Positions 49,735 to 59,979 of a stretch of DNA of 64,000 bases are shown in pieces (the first letter of the stretch is position 1; each line of letters starts with the position of its first letter). The notes beneath the pieces were generated by a model, which was given only the letters and a program-made list of their open reading frames with translations, did not search any database and was not told where the DNA came from. A program made the position numbers and the translations under genes. The stretch is from positions 1,056,001 to 1,120,000 of the forward strand of contig OZ244958.1 of the NCBI GenBank assembly GCA_965222575.1, read 5' to 3'. The DNA is from Alphaproteobacteria bacterium. GTDB lineage: Bacteria; Pseudomonadota; Alphaproteobacteria; G965222575.

Positions 49735-52700
49735 ATGTCACCTAAAAGATTATCAGAAGACCTCATTAAGACGTTATCTTCGAAAATTTCTTTGAAGGAA
49801 AGAGGGTTTGAGGCGTTTTTCCAAGATTTTTTTCGAGGGTTTCCGGAAGACATGCTTGGGTGTTTAGAAGCCTTTGAATGGGAGAAAGTGGTGCGGTTAT
49901 CGTGGCGTTTTTTTTCTTCTCCTAGGGGCGGAGAGCATATAGATTCTGTTGGGTCTTTGCGGTATGTTGCGATTTTGAGAGAGGATAAGCCCTTTTTAGT
50001 AGATACGTCTGTGATTGTTTTGAAGCGGCTTGGTTATAGGGTTGTGGCGTTGCGTCATCCGACTTTGAGGGTGTTGAGAAATGAGAAGAAAGAAATCGTT
50101 AGGATAGGGGAAGGGAAATTAGAGACCTTAGTGGTGTTATGTTTGGATGATAGGGGACATGGTCAAGAGAAGAAGGTTTTACGAAAAGCGTTGAGGGAGT
50201 CCTTGAAGGATGTTTTTTGCATTGTAGAAGATTTTCCTAAGATGCTAGAGTTTACGCGTGCCTGTCAAAAAGACATTCATTCTCCTAGAGGGGAAGTACA
50301 CAGTCAAGAGATTAAGAGATTTCTTGAGTGGCTGATAGATGAGTCGTTTGTATTTTTAGGGTGTCGGACTTACAGGTATTATGATCTTGAGAAGGAGAAG
50401 AAGCCGTGGCGCAAAGTCGGGGAGGGGATAGGCCTATTGCGCAATCCTAAACGTCCAAGTTTTCAGGCTTTTAAGGAAGGAGACGAACAATATCAGCGCA
50501 CGATTCCTCCTTTGACTTTGGATTTTATCAGAAGTCAAGAGACCGTATCGGTGACAAAATCCTCTTTACGGTCTTTAGTACACAGGGACTGCTATTATGA
50601 TATTATCATGCTGAAGCAATGGGATTCTGAAGGGAAGGTTTTAGGGGAACAACGTATTGTGGGGTTATTTAGCTCTAAGGCTTATAACACCTCTATTTTT
50701 GAGATTCCGTGGTTAAGGGGGAAAGTCTCTGATGTGTCGCACCAATCGTCTCTTCAGGGTCATGATAATAAGGCTTTACATCACCTGTTGGAAAGATATC
50801 CGCGCGATGAGCTTTTTCAAATAACGCGTAAGGATTTAAGAGCTGTGGTTCTTGGGGTGTTAGATATGGAAGAACGCCCGCGATTGCGTGTATTTGCGCG
50901 CAAGGATAAGTTTGGGCGTTTTATGTCTTTTTTGCTCTATATTCCTGTTAATCAGTTTTCTACAAAATTACAACACGCCGTTGGGCGCTATCTAGCCAAG
51001 ACGCTTTGCGGAAGACAATCTGCTACTTATGTGTTAGTAGAAAACGATTCCATTGCGCGTGTGAACTATATTATAGGGCTAGGGCAATCAGTGAAAGTAC
51101 CGTCTATAGAGACGTTGGAATCTCATATTCAGGACATGGCGAGAAGCTGGTCTGATAAGATGAAAGAGGTGATTGAACAGAAGTTCAAAGGAGAAGTCGC
51201 TTTCAGAAAGCAACAGTTTTTGTCTTATTTTTCTGTTGCCTATACAGATGCGTTTTTAGGACAAGAAGTTTTAGATGATATTGAGAATCTGGAATCCTTT
51301 TTGTCTAATGGGGTAAAAGTGCAAGCCTCGATAACTGTTCCTCCCGAGTATAAAGGGTATCTGACTTTTAAGCTTTACGCTAAAGGAGAGCCTATTGAGC
51401 TTAGTGCTGTATTGCCTATTTTGGAAAATATGGGGCTTAAAACCATCAAGGAAGAACCTTATAGGTTACATAAAGAGAAGAAGACAATCTGGCTTCATGT
51501 CTATTCTCTTTTTTTTGAAGGGGGGGTACTTAAGAAGCACAGATTAAAAGAACGCGTACAGACAGCTTTTAAGGAAATTTGGGAAGGCCGTGTGGATAAT
51601 GATAGCTTCAATCGGCTTATTCCTGGCACTGGATTAGATGTTAGACAGGTGATGATATTACGTGCGATTTCCCGTTATTTAAGCCGTATTGGCATGCCTG
51701 TTCCGTCTCGGCGTCAGTCTTATATTTTGTTGAATTATCCCTTTATGTGCGAATTGATTTGTCAGTACTTTGATGTGAGGTTATCCCCTAAAGGAGGGAA
51801 CAACGCTAAAGAGAACAGAATTGTAAAAGCCTTTCAAAAGGGACTGAACACAATTACGAGTATGGATGAGGATAGGGTTTTTCGCCGTTACTTCAATGTG
51901 GTAGAAGCTATTTTGAGAACAAACTTTTACAAGCCTAATCAAGAGTGTGTTGTGTTCAAGATTAAGAGTGAAAAAGTTTTAGACTTGCCTTCTCCTAAGC
52001 CTTTTGTAGAAACGTATTTATGTTCTACTAAAATAGAGGGTATTCACTTACGCACAAGTGCTGTTGCAAGAGGAGGGTTGAGATGGTCTGACCGCTTACA
52101 TGATTTTCGCTCAGAAGTCTTAGGTCTGATGAAAGCTCAACAGGTGAAAAATAGTCTTATTGTCCCTTCTGGTGCTAAAGGGGGTTTTGTGTTAAGAAAA
52201 AGCGATCCCGACTTAACGCCTCAGAAAGATGCGCTACAAGGATACAAACAATACATACGCGGCTTACTAAGTGTGACGGATAACAGGATTGGCGATAAGG
52301 TACTTCACCCCCGCGGTGTTCACTGCAGGGATAAAGAAGACCCTTATTTAGTTGTGGCCGCCGATAAGGGAACAGCAACATTTTCTGATGTGGCAAATGA
52401 ATTATCTAAGGAACATGGGTTTTGGCTTTCTGATGCCTTTGCCTCTGGAGGTAAGCAAGGATACGACCATAAGGCTATGGGGATTACAGCCAAAGGGGCT
52501 TGGGAGTCGGTTAAGCGGTTATTTTTATCCATAGGGCATGATGTACAGAAGAAGCCTTTTACAGTGATAGGATGCGGTGGGATGGCGGGAGATGTCTTTG
52601 GGAATGGTATGCTGTTAAGTCCTTATATTAAGCTTATTGGGTCTTTCAATCATCGGCATATTTTTTTAGACCCCAATCCCGATTTATCGGAAAGCTATAA

Positions 52701-54339
52701 GGAGAGAAAACAGTTATTTCAGTCTGCTTTATCTTGGGGGGAGTATAGGAAGTTTGGCAAGGGAGGAGGGGTTTACGAGCGTTCTGCTAAAGAAGTTCCT
52801 TTGAATGCGGCTGTAAGAGATATGTTATCCGTAGAGGTTTCTTCTTTGCCTCCTTCAGAGGTTATTCGTGCTTTGTTGTGCGCCCCTGTTGATTTATTAT
52901 GGTTTGGTGGGATTGGTGTTTTTATCAAATCCTCTTTAGAGACGAATGAACAGGTACAAGATGTACAGAATGATGTGATACGTGTTAATGGGAGGAAGTT
53001 GCGAAGTAAAGTGATAGGGGAGGGGGCGAATTTAGCGTTGACGCAGCGGGGGCGTATAGAAGCTGCTAGTATAGGCATTAAGGTGACGGCAGATTTTATT
53101 GACAATGCAGGAGGGGTACATTGTTCTGATAGAGAGGTCAACATTAAAATGGCTTTAGCGCGTGCGGTGGGGCGCGGAGCTTTATCGTACAAGGACCGCA
53201 ATCTTCTTTTGAAGAAGATGACGGGTGATATAGAAAAACAAGTTGTATATGATAATTATTTACAGGCTTTGGCTTTATCCATTGAAGAAGAGGTTTCTGG
53301 GAAAGCGACGGAAAAGCTTCACAATTTTATCCAAGCTCTGGAGAGTGAAGGGTTGTTGAATAGGGAGGAAGAATATCTTCCCTCTTCTGAAGAGATGATG
53401 GGCATTGTGCAAAGGAAAGAGACCTTATCGCGTCCTATTTTGTCTGTTTTGTTGTGTTATAGCAAGATGTGGGTGAGAAAGTGTTTAGAGAGAGAAAATG
53501 AGCTTTCTGATGCTGACATTCAAAATCATTTGCCTTCTTATTTTCCTTGTGCTATGGAAGAGGGGTTTTTGGAAGACATTCGTTGTCACCCCCTGGGGAA
53601 AGAAATTGTCTACACGACTTTATCTAAGGATCTGGTACATTTTGGAGGACTTTTACTAGCTTTTGAGTTACAGAATTATTGTAATTGTAGTGTGACAACA
53701 GTTGCTAGAGCTTTTGAGTTGGTATGGCAGCTGTTTGACCTTAAGAGAATAGTGAAGAAGATTGAGTCTTTGGATGTGAAGGGGAAATTTTCTACACAGA
53801 TGGGACTGTTAGGGGACTTGCGTCGATTTATTTTTCACACAACGGCTCGAGTTATCAAGAGTGGTCTATTGGAGAAGATGTCTCTTGGTGTTTTAGTGGA
53901 GAAACTGTATCCTTTGGTTAAGATAGCTTTTAAGCGGTATAAGTCTCCTGGGATATTGTCGTCTAGTACTGTTATGGATATGGTGTTTTTATCACTTGAA
54001 GGGGTTGGGGACATAGAGACTGTGTGTTCTGTGGGAGATGAAGTTTCTAAAGGGTTGAATTTGAATACTTTGTTTGGAGGGGATGTTTTTGAAGGGTCTT
54101 TGGGAGAGCAAAAGGCGTTATTTATTCTTTTATCGGAGATTTTTCAAGCGAAAAGTACTCTTGTCAAACAAATCATCAATCACAACGGGACAAAGGTAAG
54201 AGAGTGTTTCAAACAGCATAAGCATTGTATTGACAGGATAAAGTCTTGCGGGCAAGGTTTTAAGAATTCAGGATATCGTGCGGAGCATTTAATTTTAGCC
54301 ATGGATAACTTAAATACTCTTATAAAGTCTTATGGATAG
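49735..54339 (+). CDS. Large NAD-specific glutamate dehydrogenase
   Basis: RGGLRWSDR, MKAQQVKN, GAKGGF, GYDHKAMGIT, GDVFGNG, GEGANL, DNAGGV.CSD.EVN. Confidence 0.95.
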   Translation: MSPKRLSEDLIKTLSSKISLKERGFEAFFQDFFRGFPEDMLGCLEAFEWEKVVRLSWRFFSSPRGGEHIDSVGSLRYVAILREDKPFLVDTSVIVLKRLGYRVVALRHPTLRVLRNEKKEIVRIGEGKLETLVVLCLDDRGHGQEKKVLRKALRESLKDVFCIVEDFPKMLEFTRACQKDIHSPRGEVHSQEIKRFLEWLIDESFVFLGCRTYRYYDLEKEKKPWRKVGEGIGLLRNPKRPSFQAFKEGDEQYQRTIPPLTLDFIRSQETVSVTKSSLRSLVHRDCYYDIIMLKQWDSEGKVLGEQRIVGLFSSKAYNTSIFEIPWLRGKVSDVSHQSSLQGHDNKALHHLLERYPRDELFQITRKDLRAVVLGVLDMEERPRLRVFARKDKFGRFMSFLLYIPVNQFSTKLQHAVGRYLAKTLCGRQSATYVLVENDSIARVNYIIGLGQSVKVPSIETLESHIQDMARSWSDKMKEVIEQKFKGEVAFRKQQFLSYFSVAYTDAFLGQEVLDDIENLESFLSNGVKVQASITVPPEYKGYLTFKLYAKGEPIELSAVLPILENMGLKTIKEEPYRLHKEKKTIWLHVYSLFFEGGVLKKHRLKERVQTAFKEIWEGRVDNDSFNRLIPGTGLDVRQVMILRAISRYLSRIGMPVPSRRQSYILLNYPFMCELICQYFDVRLSPKGGNNAKENRIVKAFQKGLNTITSMDEDRVFRRYFNVVEAILRTNFYKPNQECVVFKIKSEKVLDLPSPKPFVETYLCSTKIEGIHLRTSAVARGGLRWSDRLHDFRSEVLGLMKAQQVKNSLIVPSGAKGGFVLRKSDPDLTPQKDALQGYKQYIRGLLSVTDNRIGDKVLHPRGVHCRDKEDPYLVVAADKGTATFSDVANELSKEHGFWLSDAFASGGKQGYDHKAMGITAKGAWESVKRLFLSIGHDVQKKPFTVIGCGGMAGDVFGNGMLLSPYIKLIGSFNHRHIFLDPNPDLSESYKERKQLFQSALSWGEYRKFGKGGGVYERSAKEVPLNAAVRDMLSVEVSSLPPSEVIRALLCAPVDLLWFGGIGVFIKSSLETNEQVQDVQNDVIRVNGRKLRSKVIGEGANLALTQRGRIEAASIGIKVTADFIDNAGGVHCSDREVNIKMALARAVGRGALSYKDRNLLLKKMTGDIEKQVVYDNYLQALALSIEEEVSGKATEKLHNFIQALESEGLLNREEEYLPSSEEMMGIVQRKETLSRPILSVLLCYSKMWVRKCLERENELSDADIQNHLPSYFPCAMEEGFLEDIRCHPLGKEIVYTTLSKDLVHFGGLLLAFELQNYCNCSVTTVARAFELVWQLFDLKRIVKKIESLDVKGKFSTQMGLLGDLRRFIFHTTARVIKSGLLEKMSLGVLVEKLYPLVKIAFKRYKSPGILSSSTVMDMVFLSLEGVGDIETVCSVGDEVSKGLNLNTLFGGDVFEGSLGEQKALFILLSEIFQAKSTLVKQIINHNGTKVRECFKQHKHCIDRIKSCGQGFKNSGYRAEHLILAMDNLNTLIKSYG

Positions 54340-55702
54340 GGCTGATTTAGAGAGGGTGAGGCGGTTAGTAATAAAGCAGATGGCCTTTGAGCCTGATGAT
54401 AGGGTAGTGGTGGTGGCGATGTCTGGGGGTGTAGATTCCTCTGTAGCGGCAGCGCTTTTGAAGGAAGCAGGGTATCGTGTTGTTGGCATGACCTTACAGC
54501 TGTACAAGGCAGAGGGGGAGGAAGTTGCGAAGAAGAAAGCCTGTTGTGCAGGGGTTGATATTGTTGATGCGACAAAGGTAGCGGATACCTTAGGGATTGA
54601 CCACTATGTTTTAGATTATAAAGGGCGCTTTGAAGAGGCTGTGATAGTACCTTTCGCTAAAAGTTATACAGAAGGTAAAACGCCTATTCCCTGTATTCTG
54701 TGCAATCAAACGGTGAAATTTTCTGATTTATTGATGAGGTCTGAACAGCTGAAAGCGCGGGCTCTTGTGACGGGTCACTATATTCGGCGCTTGTCTCATA
54801 ATGGGATACCCTCTTTACATAGAGCTTGTGATGCGGCGAAAGATCAAAGTTATTTTTTGTTTGCTACCACACTTGAGCAGTTACAGTTTTTGAGGTTTCC
54901 CCTTGGTCAGTTTGCAACAAAAGTAGAAGTGCGGCAGTTAGCCGTTCATTTTTCCCTTCCTGTAGCGGAAAAGCCGGACAGCCAAGATATCTGTTTTATT
55001 CCCAATGGGAACTATGCAGACCTTGTGAAGGTTTTTTATCCTGAAAGCGTTAAAAAGGGGGACATAGTGAATCAGCAAGGGCAAGTGATTGGCACCCACG
55101 ATGGTATTGTGAACTATACAGTTGGACAACGCAGGCGTCTTGGAGTGGGGGGCTTAAAAACGCCTTTGTATGTGGTGGAAATTGATACGCTTAGGAACAC
55201 AATTGTGGTAGGCGAAAAAGAGGCTTTACGATGCGAGGAGCTACAGATTTATGAGGTAAATTGGCTTGGGGAAGAGCCTAAAAAGGAAAGGCTTCTTCAC
55301 GCGAAAGTGCGGGCGAACGCTAAGGCTGTTTTGGCGCGGTTTACCCCTCAGGACAATGGCAGAGGGAAAGTTATCTTCCAAGAAGAGGAATTTGCTGCAA
55401 GTCCCGGACAAGCATGTGTTTTTTATGATGATTCTCGTCTGATGGGAGGAGGATGGATAGGCCGAAGACCGTTAGGCCGAAGACCGTTAGGCCAAAGACC
55501 ATTAGGCCGGAGACCATTAGGCCGGAGACCGTTAGGCCGGAGACCGTTAGGCCGGAGACCGTTAGGCCGGAGACCGTTAGGCCGGAGACCGTTAAGACCG
55601 TTAGGCCAAAGACCATTAGGCCGGAGACCATTAGGCCGGAGACCGCTAAGCCCTAAAACTTTTCATTATCATACGCGCCCTGAATCTCTCAAAGAAGATT
55701 AG
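54332..55702 (+). CDS. mnmA: tRNA 2-thiouridylase with a (GRRPL)n C-terminal tail
   Basis: [50 protein letters not shown]. Confidence 0.97.
   Translation: MDRADLERVRRLVIKQMAFEPDDRVVVVAMSGGVDSSVAAALLKEAGYRVVGMTLQLYKAEGEEVAKKKACCAGVDIVDATKVADTLGIDHYVLDYKGRFEEAVIVPFAKSYTEGKTPIPCILCNQTVKFSDLLMRSEQLKARALVTGHYIRRLSHNGIPSLHRACDAAKDQSYFLFATTLEQLQFLRFPLGQFATKVEVRQLAVHFSLPVAEKPDSQDICFIPNGNYADLVKVFYPESVKKGDIVNQQGQVIGTHDGIVNYTVGQRRRLGVGGLKTPLYVVEIDTLRNTIVVGEKEALRCEELQIYEVNWLGEEPKKERLLHAKVRANAKAVLARFTPQDNGRGKVIFQEEEFAASPGQACVFYDDSRLMGGGWIGRRPLGRRPLGQRPLGRRPLGRRPLGRRPLGRRPLGRRPLGRRPLRPLGQRPLGRRPLGRRPLSPKTFHYHTRPESLKED
55460..55648 (+). repeat. 12 x 15-bp units plus one 9-bp partial unit, in frame (ggccggagaccgtta)
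   Basis: Read directly; GC-rich relative to the flanks; no spacers. Confidence 0.97.
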
Positions 55703-55740
55703 GCATAGCGCTTTTATTCTTATTGTGGTAGTAAAGACTT

Positions 55741-58700
55741 ATGAAAAAAGGGTTTTATATTCTTATTTCGAGAAGAGTCTCAGTTTTGTTACTATTTATA
55801 GCTCTTGGGGTAGGGGGGTATATTGCCATTGGGAGTTTACCGCGCGAGGGGATGCCTGATGTGGTGAGTCAGCAATTAGTCATTCGTTTATTTCCAAAAA
55901 ACATTGGGTCTCCGCAAGAGGTGGATGCTTTATATGTGACGCCTCTTGAGAGACGTCTTGGAGACTTGGAATTTTTGAAGAGCATGAGACTTTACATAAG
56001 AAACACCCGTGTTGCTATTCGTTTAGAGTTTGAAGAAAAGGCTGATATTGAAGAGCGCAAGCGTTATGTACAGGGCATTGTTGATGGTGTTGTGAAGATG
56101 GATAGGGAGCCTGTTGTAGAGATTCCTTCTTTTGTTAATGAAGGGAGTGTGAAGCTGGTGTTGTACAAAGGGAAGAGGGAGTTGTTACAACAGACGGCGC
56201 TTATGTTGCAAGGGAAGATAGAGTCTGTAAGTGGGGTAAAATCTGTTTCTTCTTATGGTTTTGCGCCTCAGATTGTGAGAATTTTGGTAACCCCTGAGAC
56301 CTTACGGACATACAATCTTCAAGAAAGCCATTTTGCTCGAGCGATTGCTTCTGGTAAAGGAAGGTCTTCTGCTGGTTCTGTTAAGCTAGGGAGTCAAAAG
56401 TGGCCGGTGGTCATTGCCCAGGAGATAAAAACCTTAGAGGATATCCGTTCTTTGCCTCTTTTGGAGCATGGAGATGGTACTGTTTTAACGATTTCTCAGG
56501 TAGCGGAAGTGGAGAAAGTACGTCAAGAGCTTGAACGTTATAGTCGTTATAATGGCCATTCTTCCGTTATTTTGGAGGCGAATTTCATGCCCGGCAGTAA
56601 TGTTGTTGAGACCTCTGATGCTGTGAGACAAGCCATTAGAGATGTCATTGCCTCACAAGAGCAGGCAGGGGTTGCAGTAGTATTTCTTGAAGACAGAGGG
56701 CAAGAGATAAAAGAACTGCTGAGAAACCTTCAAAATACTGTCTTATTCTCTACGATTTTACTGGTGATGTTTTTGACTTTATTGTTAGGCTATAAAGAGG
56801 CTTTATTAGTGAGTTTGTGTATTCCCGGCTCTTTTTTGACGGCTTTTGTCGCCTTACATTTCTTAGGGATGACCTTAAATTTTGTCAGTCTCTTCGCTTT
56901 GATTTTCGTGGTAGGAATGCTAGTTGACGCTTCTATCATCATGGTGGAGAATGCTTTTTACCGTATAAAAGGCGGTCTTACCTCAAAGGCAGCCTTTGTT
57001 GATTCTTGTTATACCCTTTCTATTCCTATTATGACCTCGACTGCTACGACAGTTTTGGCTTTTCTCCCCTTATTGTTTTTTCCCGGCATCATGGGTCAAA
57101 TGATGAAGGTTTTGCCTATTACTGTGTGTGTAGCATTAATTGGCTCATTGGTGATGGCTCTTTTTTTTCTGCCTGCTATTGGCACATTTTTTTTGCGCAC
57201 CCCTTCAACAAGAGAAGAGAACCCCATAGAAGAAAATGATGCGCAATTATGGGGAAAGTGGACAAGGGCTTATGCGCAGTTTTTAGAAGGAATCTTAAGG
57301 TCACCTTTGAGGATTGGCCTTGTGATAACGGGTGTTGTCATTTTTGTTGCGGGGGCAGTGTTCTTATTGCCCGGGTTGAATAATAAGCTACAAATGTCTG
57401 AAGAATTCGATGATACGCGCGGCATGCTTTTTATTGTTAATGAGAGTCATTATTCTTTAGAGACAATGCGTACCCTTATTACGGAAATTGAAAACATAGT
57501 TCTCGAACAACCCTTTATCAAAAGTCTATCGAGTTCCTTAGATGAAGGCACTTGTAGAATGAGACTTATCTATAAGGAGAGCCTGAAAAAAGAAGCGGCA
57601 GAAGTGATGGATATGCTTTCGCGAAAGTTGGATGAAGAGTATGAAGGCCTTAGAATTGTAGATTCTTGGAGAGACTTAAGGGAAGGCGGGGGCGGAAGAG
57701 ATGTGGGGGGGCGTTATGTGGATATAGAGGTGGTGTTGCGTTCTGAGCATAAAGAATTGATGGCAGCTATAGCTGAAAAAATTCAACAATACATGGAAAA
57801 AGAAGGGTTTAAGAATCCCTCTTTATCCTCTGAGGATAATTCTTTACAGTGGGTTTTGACCCTTAAGAAACAGGAGATGTTGCGTTATGGGGTTTTGGAA
57901 AGTGATATTGCCAACGCCATTAAGAAGAATACCTCTGGGGTTATTGTGGGAAAATTCATTCCAGTGGATACCCTTGAAGAAACAGATATCTTGTTAGTGT
58001 TTGAAGGCGAAAATGAACAGGGGAGCAATATTGAAACGCTTTTGTTGAGAACACCAAAGGGAGATATCCCGTTGTCTCATTTTCTCACAAAATCTCCTGA
58101 CAGAGGGAAAGGCGTCATTGTCAGACGCAATAAAGAAATGTCTATATCGGTGGAGGCTACTGTACTGAAAAGTGGCTTTGAAGCCACTAGGAAAAAATTG
58201 CATCAATGGATTAAGGCTGAAAATTTTTCTCCTGTTGTGAGTATTGGGCAAGGGAAAAGAGAACGAGAGATGGAGGAATCAAAAGCTTTTGTCGGCAAAG
58301 CGTTTATTATTGCGCTACTGTTGATTTTTGTGGTGTTAATGGCACAGTTTAATTCCTTGTCACAGGTTTTAATCATTATGACCTCTGTGGTGTTATCCAC
58401 CGCCTTTACAGTTTACATTTTATATTTCAAGGAGAATGTAGAAGTCATCACAGCAGGGGTGGGATTATTAGCATTTGCTGGTATCATTGTGAATAACAAC
58501 ATTGTTTTAGTGGATACTTACAATCGTCTGAGAAAAAGTGACAAAATAGAAGCTATCAAGTTGGCAGTTGCTAGACGCATGCGTCCTATTTTGCTAACAG
58601 CCCTGACAACCTCTTTGGGGTTTTTGCCCTTAGTGCTTCAGATTCAAGTGGATTTTTTAGCATTAAGCGTGCGCCGTGCAGAGGAAACATTCGCAACAGT

Positions 58701-58863
58701 GCTCTGGACTTCTGCTTCCTCCGTGTTGTGTTTTGGGCTTTTATTCGCTACAATCCTCTCATTGCTTGCAACGCCGTGTTTACTAGCTTTTGCTTATTAT
58801 CTAGAACAACGGGTTGGTCAATTTTTCTATAAGATGAAAGCGACCTTGTTAAGCAAAAAATAG
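55741..58863 (+). CDS. RND family permease (divergent paralog)
   Basis: 1040 aa; VGMLVDA, FLPLLFFPGIMG, QFNS, NNNIVLVDTYN, RMRPILLT. Confidence 0.9.
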   Translation: MKKGFYILISRRVSVLLLFIALGVGGYIAIGSLPREGMPDVVSQQLVIRLFPKNIGSPQEVDALYVTPLERRLGDLEFLKSMRLYIRNTRVAIRLEFEEKADIEERKRYVQGIVDGVVKMDREPVVEIPSFVNEGSVKLVLYKGKRELLQQTALMLQGKIESVSGVKSVSSYGFAPQIVRILVTPETLRTYNLQESHFARAIASGKGRSSAGSVKLGSQKWPVVIAQEIKTLEDIRSLPLLEHGDGTVLTISQVAEVEKVRQELERYSRYNGHSSVILEANFMPGSNVVETSDAVRQAIRDVIASQEQAGVAVVFLEDRGQEIKELLRNLQNTVLFSTILLVMFLTLLLGYKEALLVSLCIPGSFLTAFVALHFLGMTLNFVSLFALIFVVGMLVDASIIMVENAFYRIKGGLTSKAAFVDSCYTLSIPIMTSTATTVLAFLPLLFFPGIMGQMMKVLPITVCVALIGSLVMALFFLPAIGTFFLRTPSTREENPIEENDAQLWGKWTRAYAQFLEGILRSPLRIGLVITGVVIFVAGAVFLLPGLNNKLQMSEEFDDTRGMLFIVNESHYSLETMRTLITEIENIVLEQPFIKSLSSSLDEGTCRMRLIYKESLKKEAAEVMDMLSRKLDEEYEGLRIVDSWRDLREGGGGRDVGGRYVDIEVVLRSEHKELMAAIAEKIQQYMEKEGFKNPSLSSEDNSLQWVLTLKKQEMLRYGVLESDIANAIKKNTSGVIVGKFIPVDTLEETDILLVFEGENEQGSNIETLLLRTPKGDIPLSHFLTKSPDRGKGVIVRRNKEMSISVEATVLKSGFEATRKKLHQWIKAENFSPVVSIGQGKREREMEESKAFVGKAFIIALLLIFVVLMAQFNSLSQVLIIMTSVVLSTAFTVYILYFKENVEVITAGVGLLAFAGIIVNNNIVLVDTYNRLRKSDKIEAIKLAVARRMRPILLTALTTSLGFLPLVLQIQVDFLALSVRRAEETFATVLWTSASSVLCFGLLFATILSLLATPCLLAFAYYLEQRVGQFFYKMKATLLSKK

Positions 58864-58875
58864 GAGACTTGAGGA

Positions 58876-59979
58876 GTGAATAAAAGAACAGTTTTAGCCC
58901 TTGTGATTATGCTAGGGATTAGTGTGGCTTGGATAACAGCCGTAGTTGTGAAGCACAAGAAAGAAGCCAATCAAGAAGAAACAGCTAGTACAAGTGCTTC
59001 TTGGCAAGGCAAGAAAGGGGGCCAAAAAAGAGAATTTTTTGTTCAAGTTTCTTCTTTTGAAGCTACAGAAAAAGCAGTGATTGAAATTGCTAATGGGCAT
59101 ACAGAGGCTTATAGAGATGTTTATGTCACTCTTGCCTCTGGGGTAAAAGGAACAGTGCATAAGATTTTGGTTGCAGAAGGAGAGGCTGTGAAAAAAGGTC
59201 AAGTATTGTTGTCCATCACTCCTGATCCTGGCATGAGTGAAGATTTACAATCTGCCCGTTCTGCGTTACAAGACGCTAGAATTAATTTGAAGACGAATCA
59301 AGAATTATTCCAAGAGGGGTATGTCTCGGAAACCACTTTATTGAAAGTACGGGGAACATTTGAACGGGCACAGGCTAGTGCTAAGAAGATGGAAGAAACC
59401 ATTAGGGATTTGAAACCAAAAGCCCCTTTTGATGGATATCTGGAAAGCCTTGAAGTGGATATTGGGCAAAGTGTTGGAGGAGGTCTTAAAGTTGGGCGTG
59501 TCGTAGATATGGAGCCCTTGTATTTTGTAGGATTTGTCTCTCAACACAGCGTTCAAAAGCTACATGTTGGCCTCTCGGCACAAGTGGAGACAGCCCAAGG
59601 AGATACACGACAAGGGAAGATTGTGTTTATCAGTAATGTTGCAAGTCCTAATTCTCGTACCTTTGAAGTGAAAATCACCATTGAAAATAAGGATAGCTCT
59701 ATTAGAGCTGGCGTGGCAGCACAGGCTCATATGGTAACAGGCTTTGAAAAAGCGCACTTGATTAAGGCAGGGTACCTTACGCTTAACGCTGAAGGGCAAT
59801 TAGGGGTTAGAACTGTTGATGAAGAGCAGTTGGTCGTATTTTATCCTATTGAAATCCTAGAGGATACAGCAAATGGTATATGGGTAACAGGTCTTCCTTC
59901 AACAGTCATGGTTATTACGCAAGGACAAGAAATGGTGTTGGAAGGTGAGCGGGTGAACATACAGCATCTGAATCCGTGA
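58876..59979 (+). CDS. RND membrane-fusion (periplasmic adaptor) protein
   Basis: N-terminal TM, EGEAVKKGQVL lipoyl half, coiled hairpin, APFDG, SRTFEV. Confidence 0.92.
   Translation: MNKRTVLALVIMLGISVAWITAVVVKHKKEANQEETASTSASWQGKKGGQKREFFVQVSSFEATEKAVIEIANGHTEAYRDVYVTLASGVKGTVHKILVAEGEAVKKGQVLLSITPDPGMSEDLQSARSALQDARINLKTNQELFQEGYVSETTLLKVRGTFERAQASAKKMEETIRDLKPKAPFDGYLESLEVDIGQSVGGGLKVGRVVDMEPLYFVGFVSQHSVQKLHVGLSAQVETAQGDTRQGKIVFISNVASPNSRTFEVKITIENKDSSIRAGVAAQAHMVTGFEKAHLIKAGYLTLNAEGQLGVRTVDEEQLVVFYPIEILEDTANGIWVTGLPSTVMVITQGQEMVLEGERVNIQHLNP

Noticed and set aside
55460-55648. CRISPR-like array
   Set aside because: Contiguous 15-bp units, no unique spacers, no cas genes, and in frame within mnmA
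55371-55656. Alternative-frame ORFs (RPETV)n and antisense (VSGLT)n
   Set aside because: By-products of a stop-free repeat; the variant pattern favours the MnmA frame
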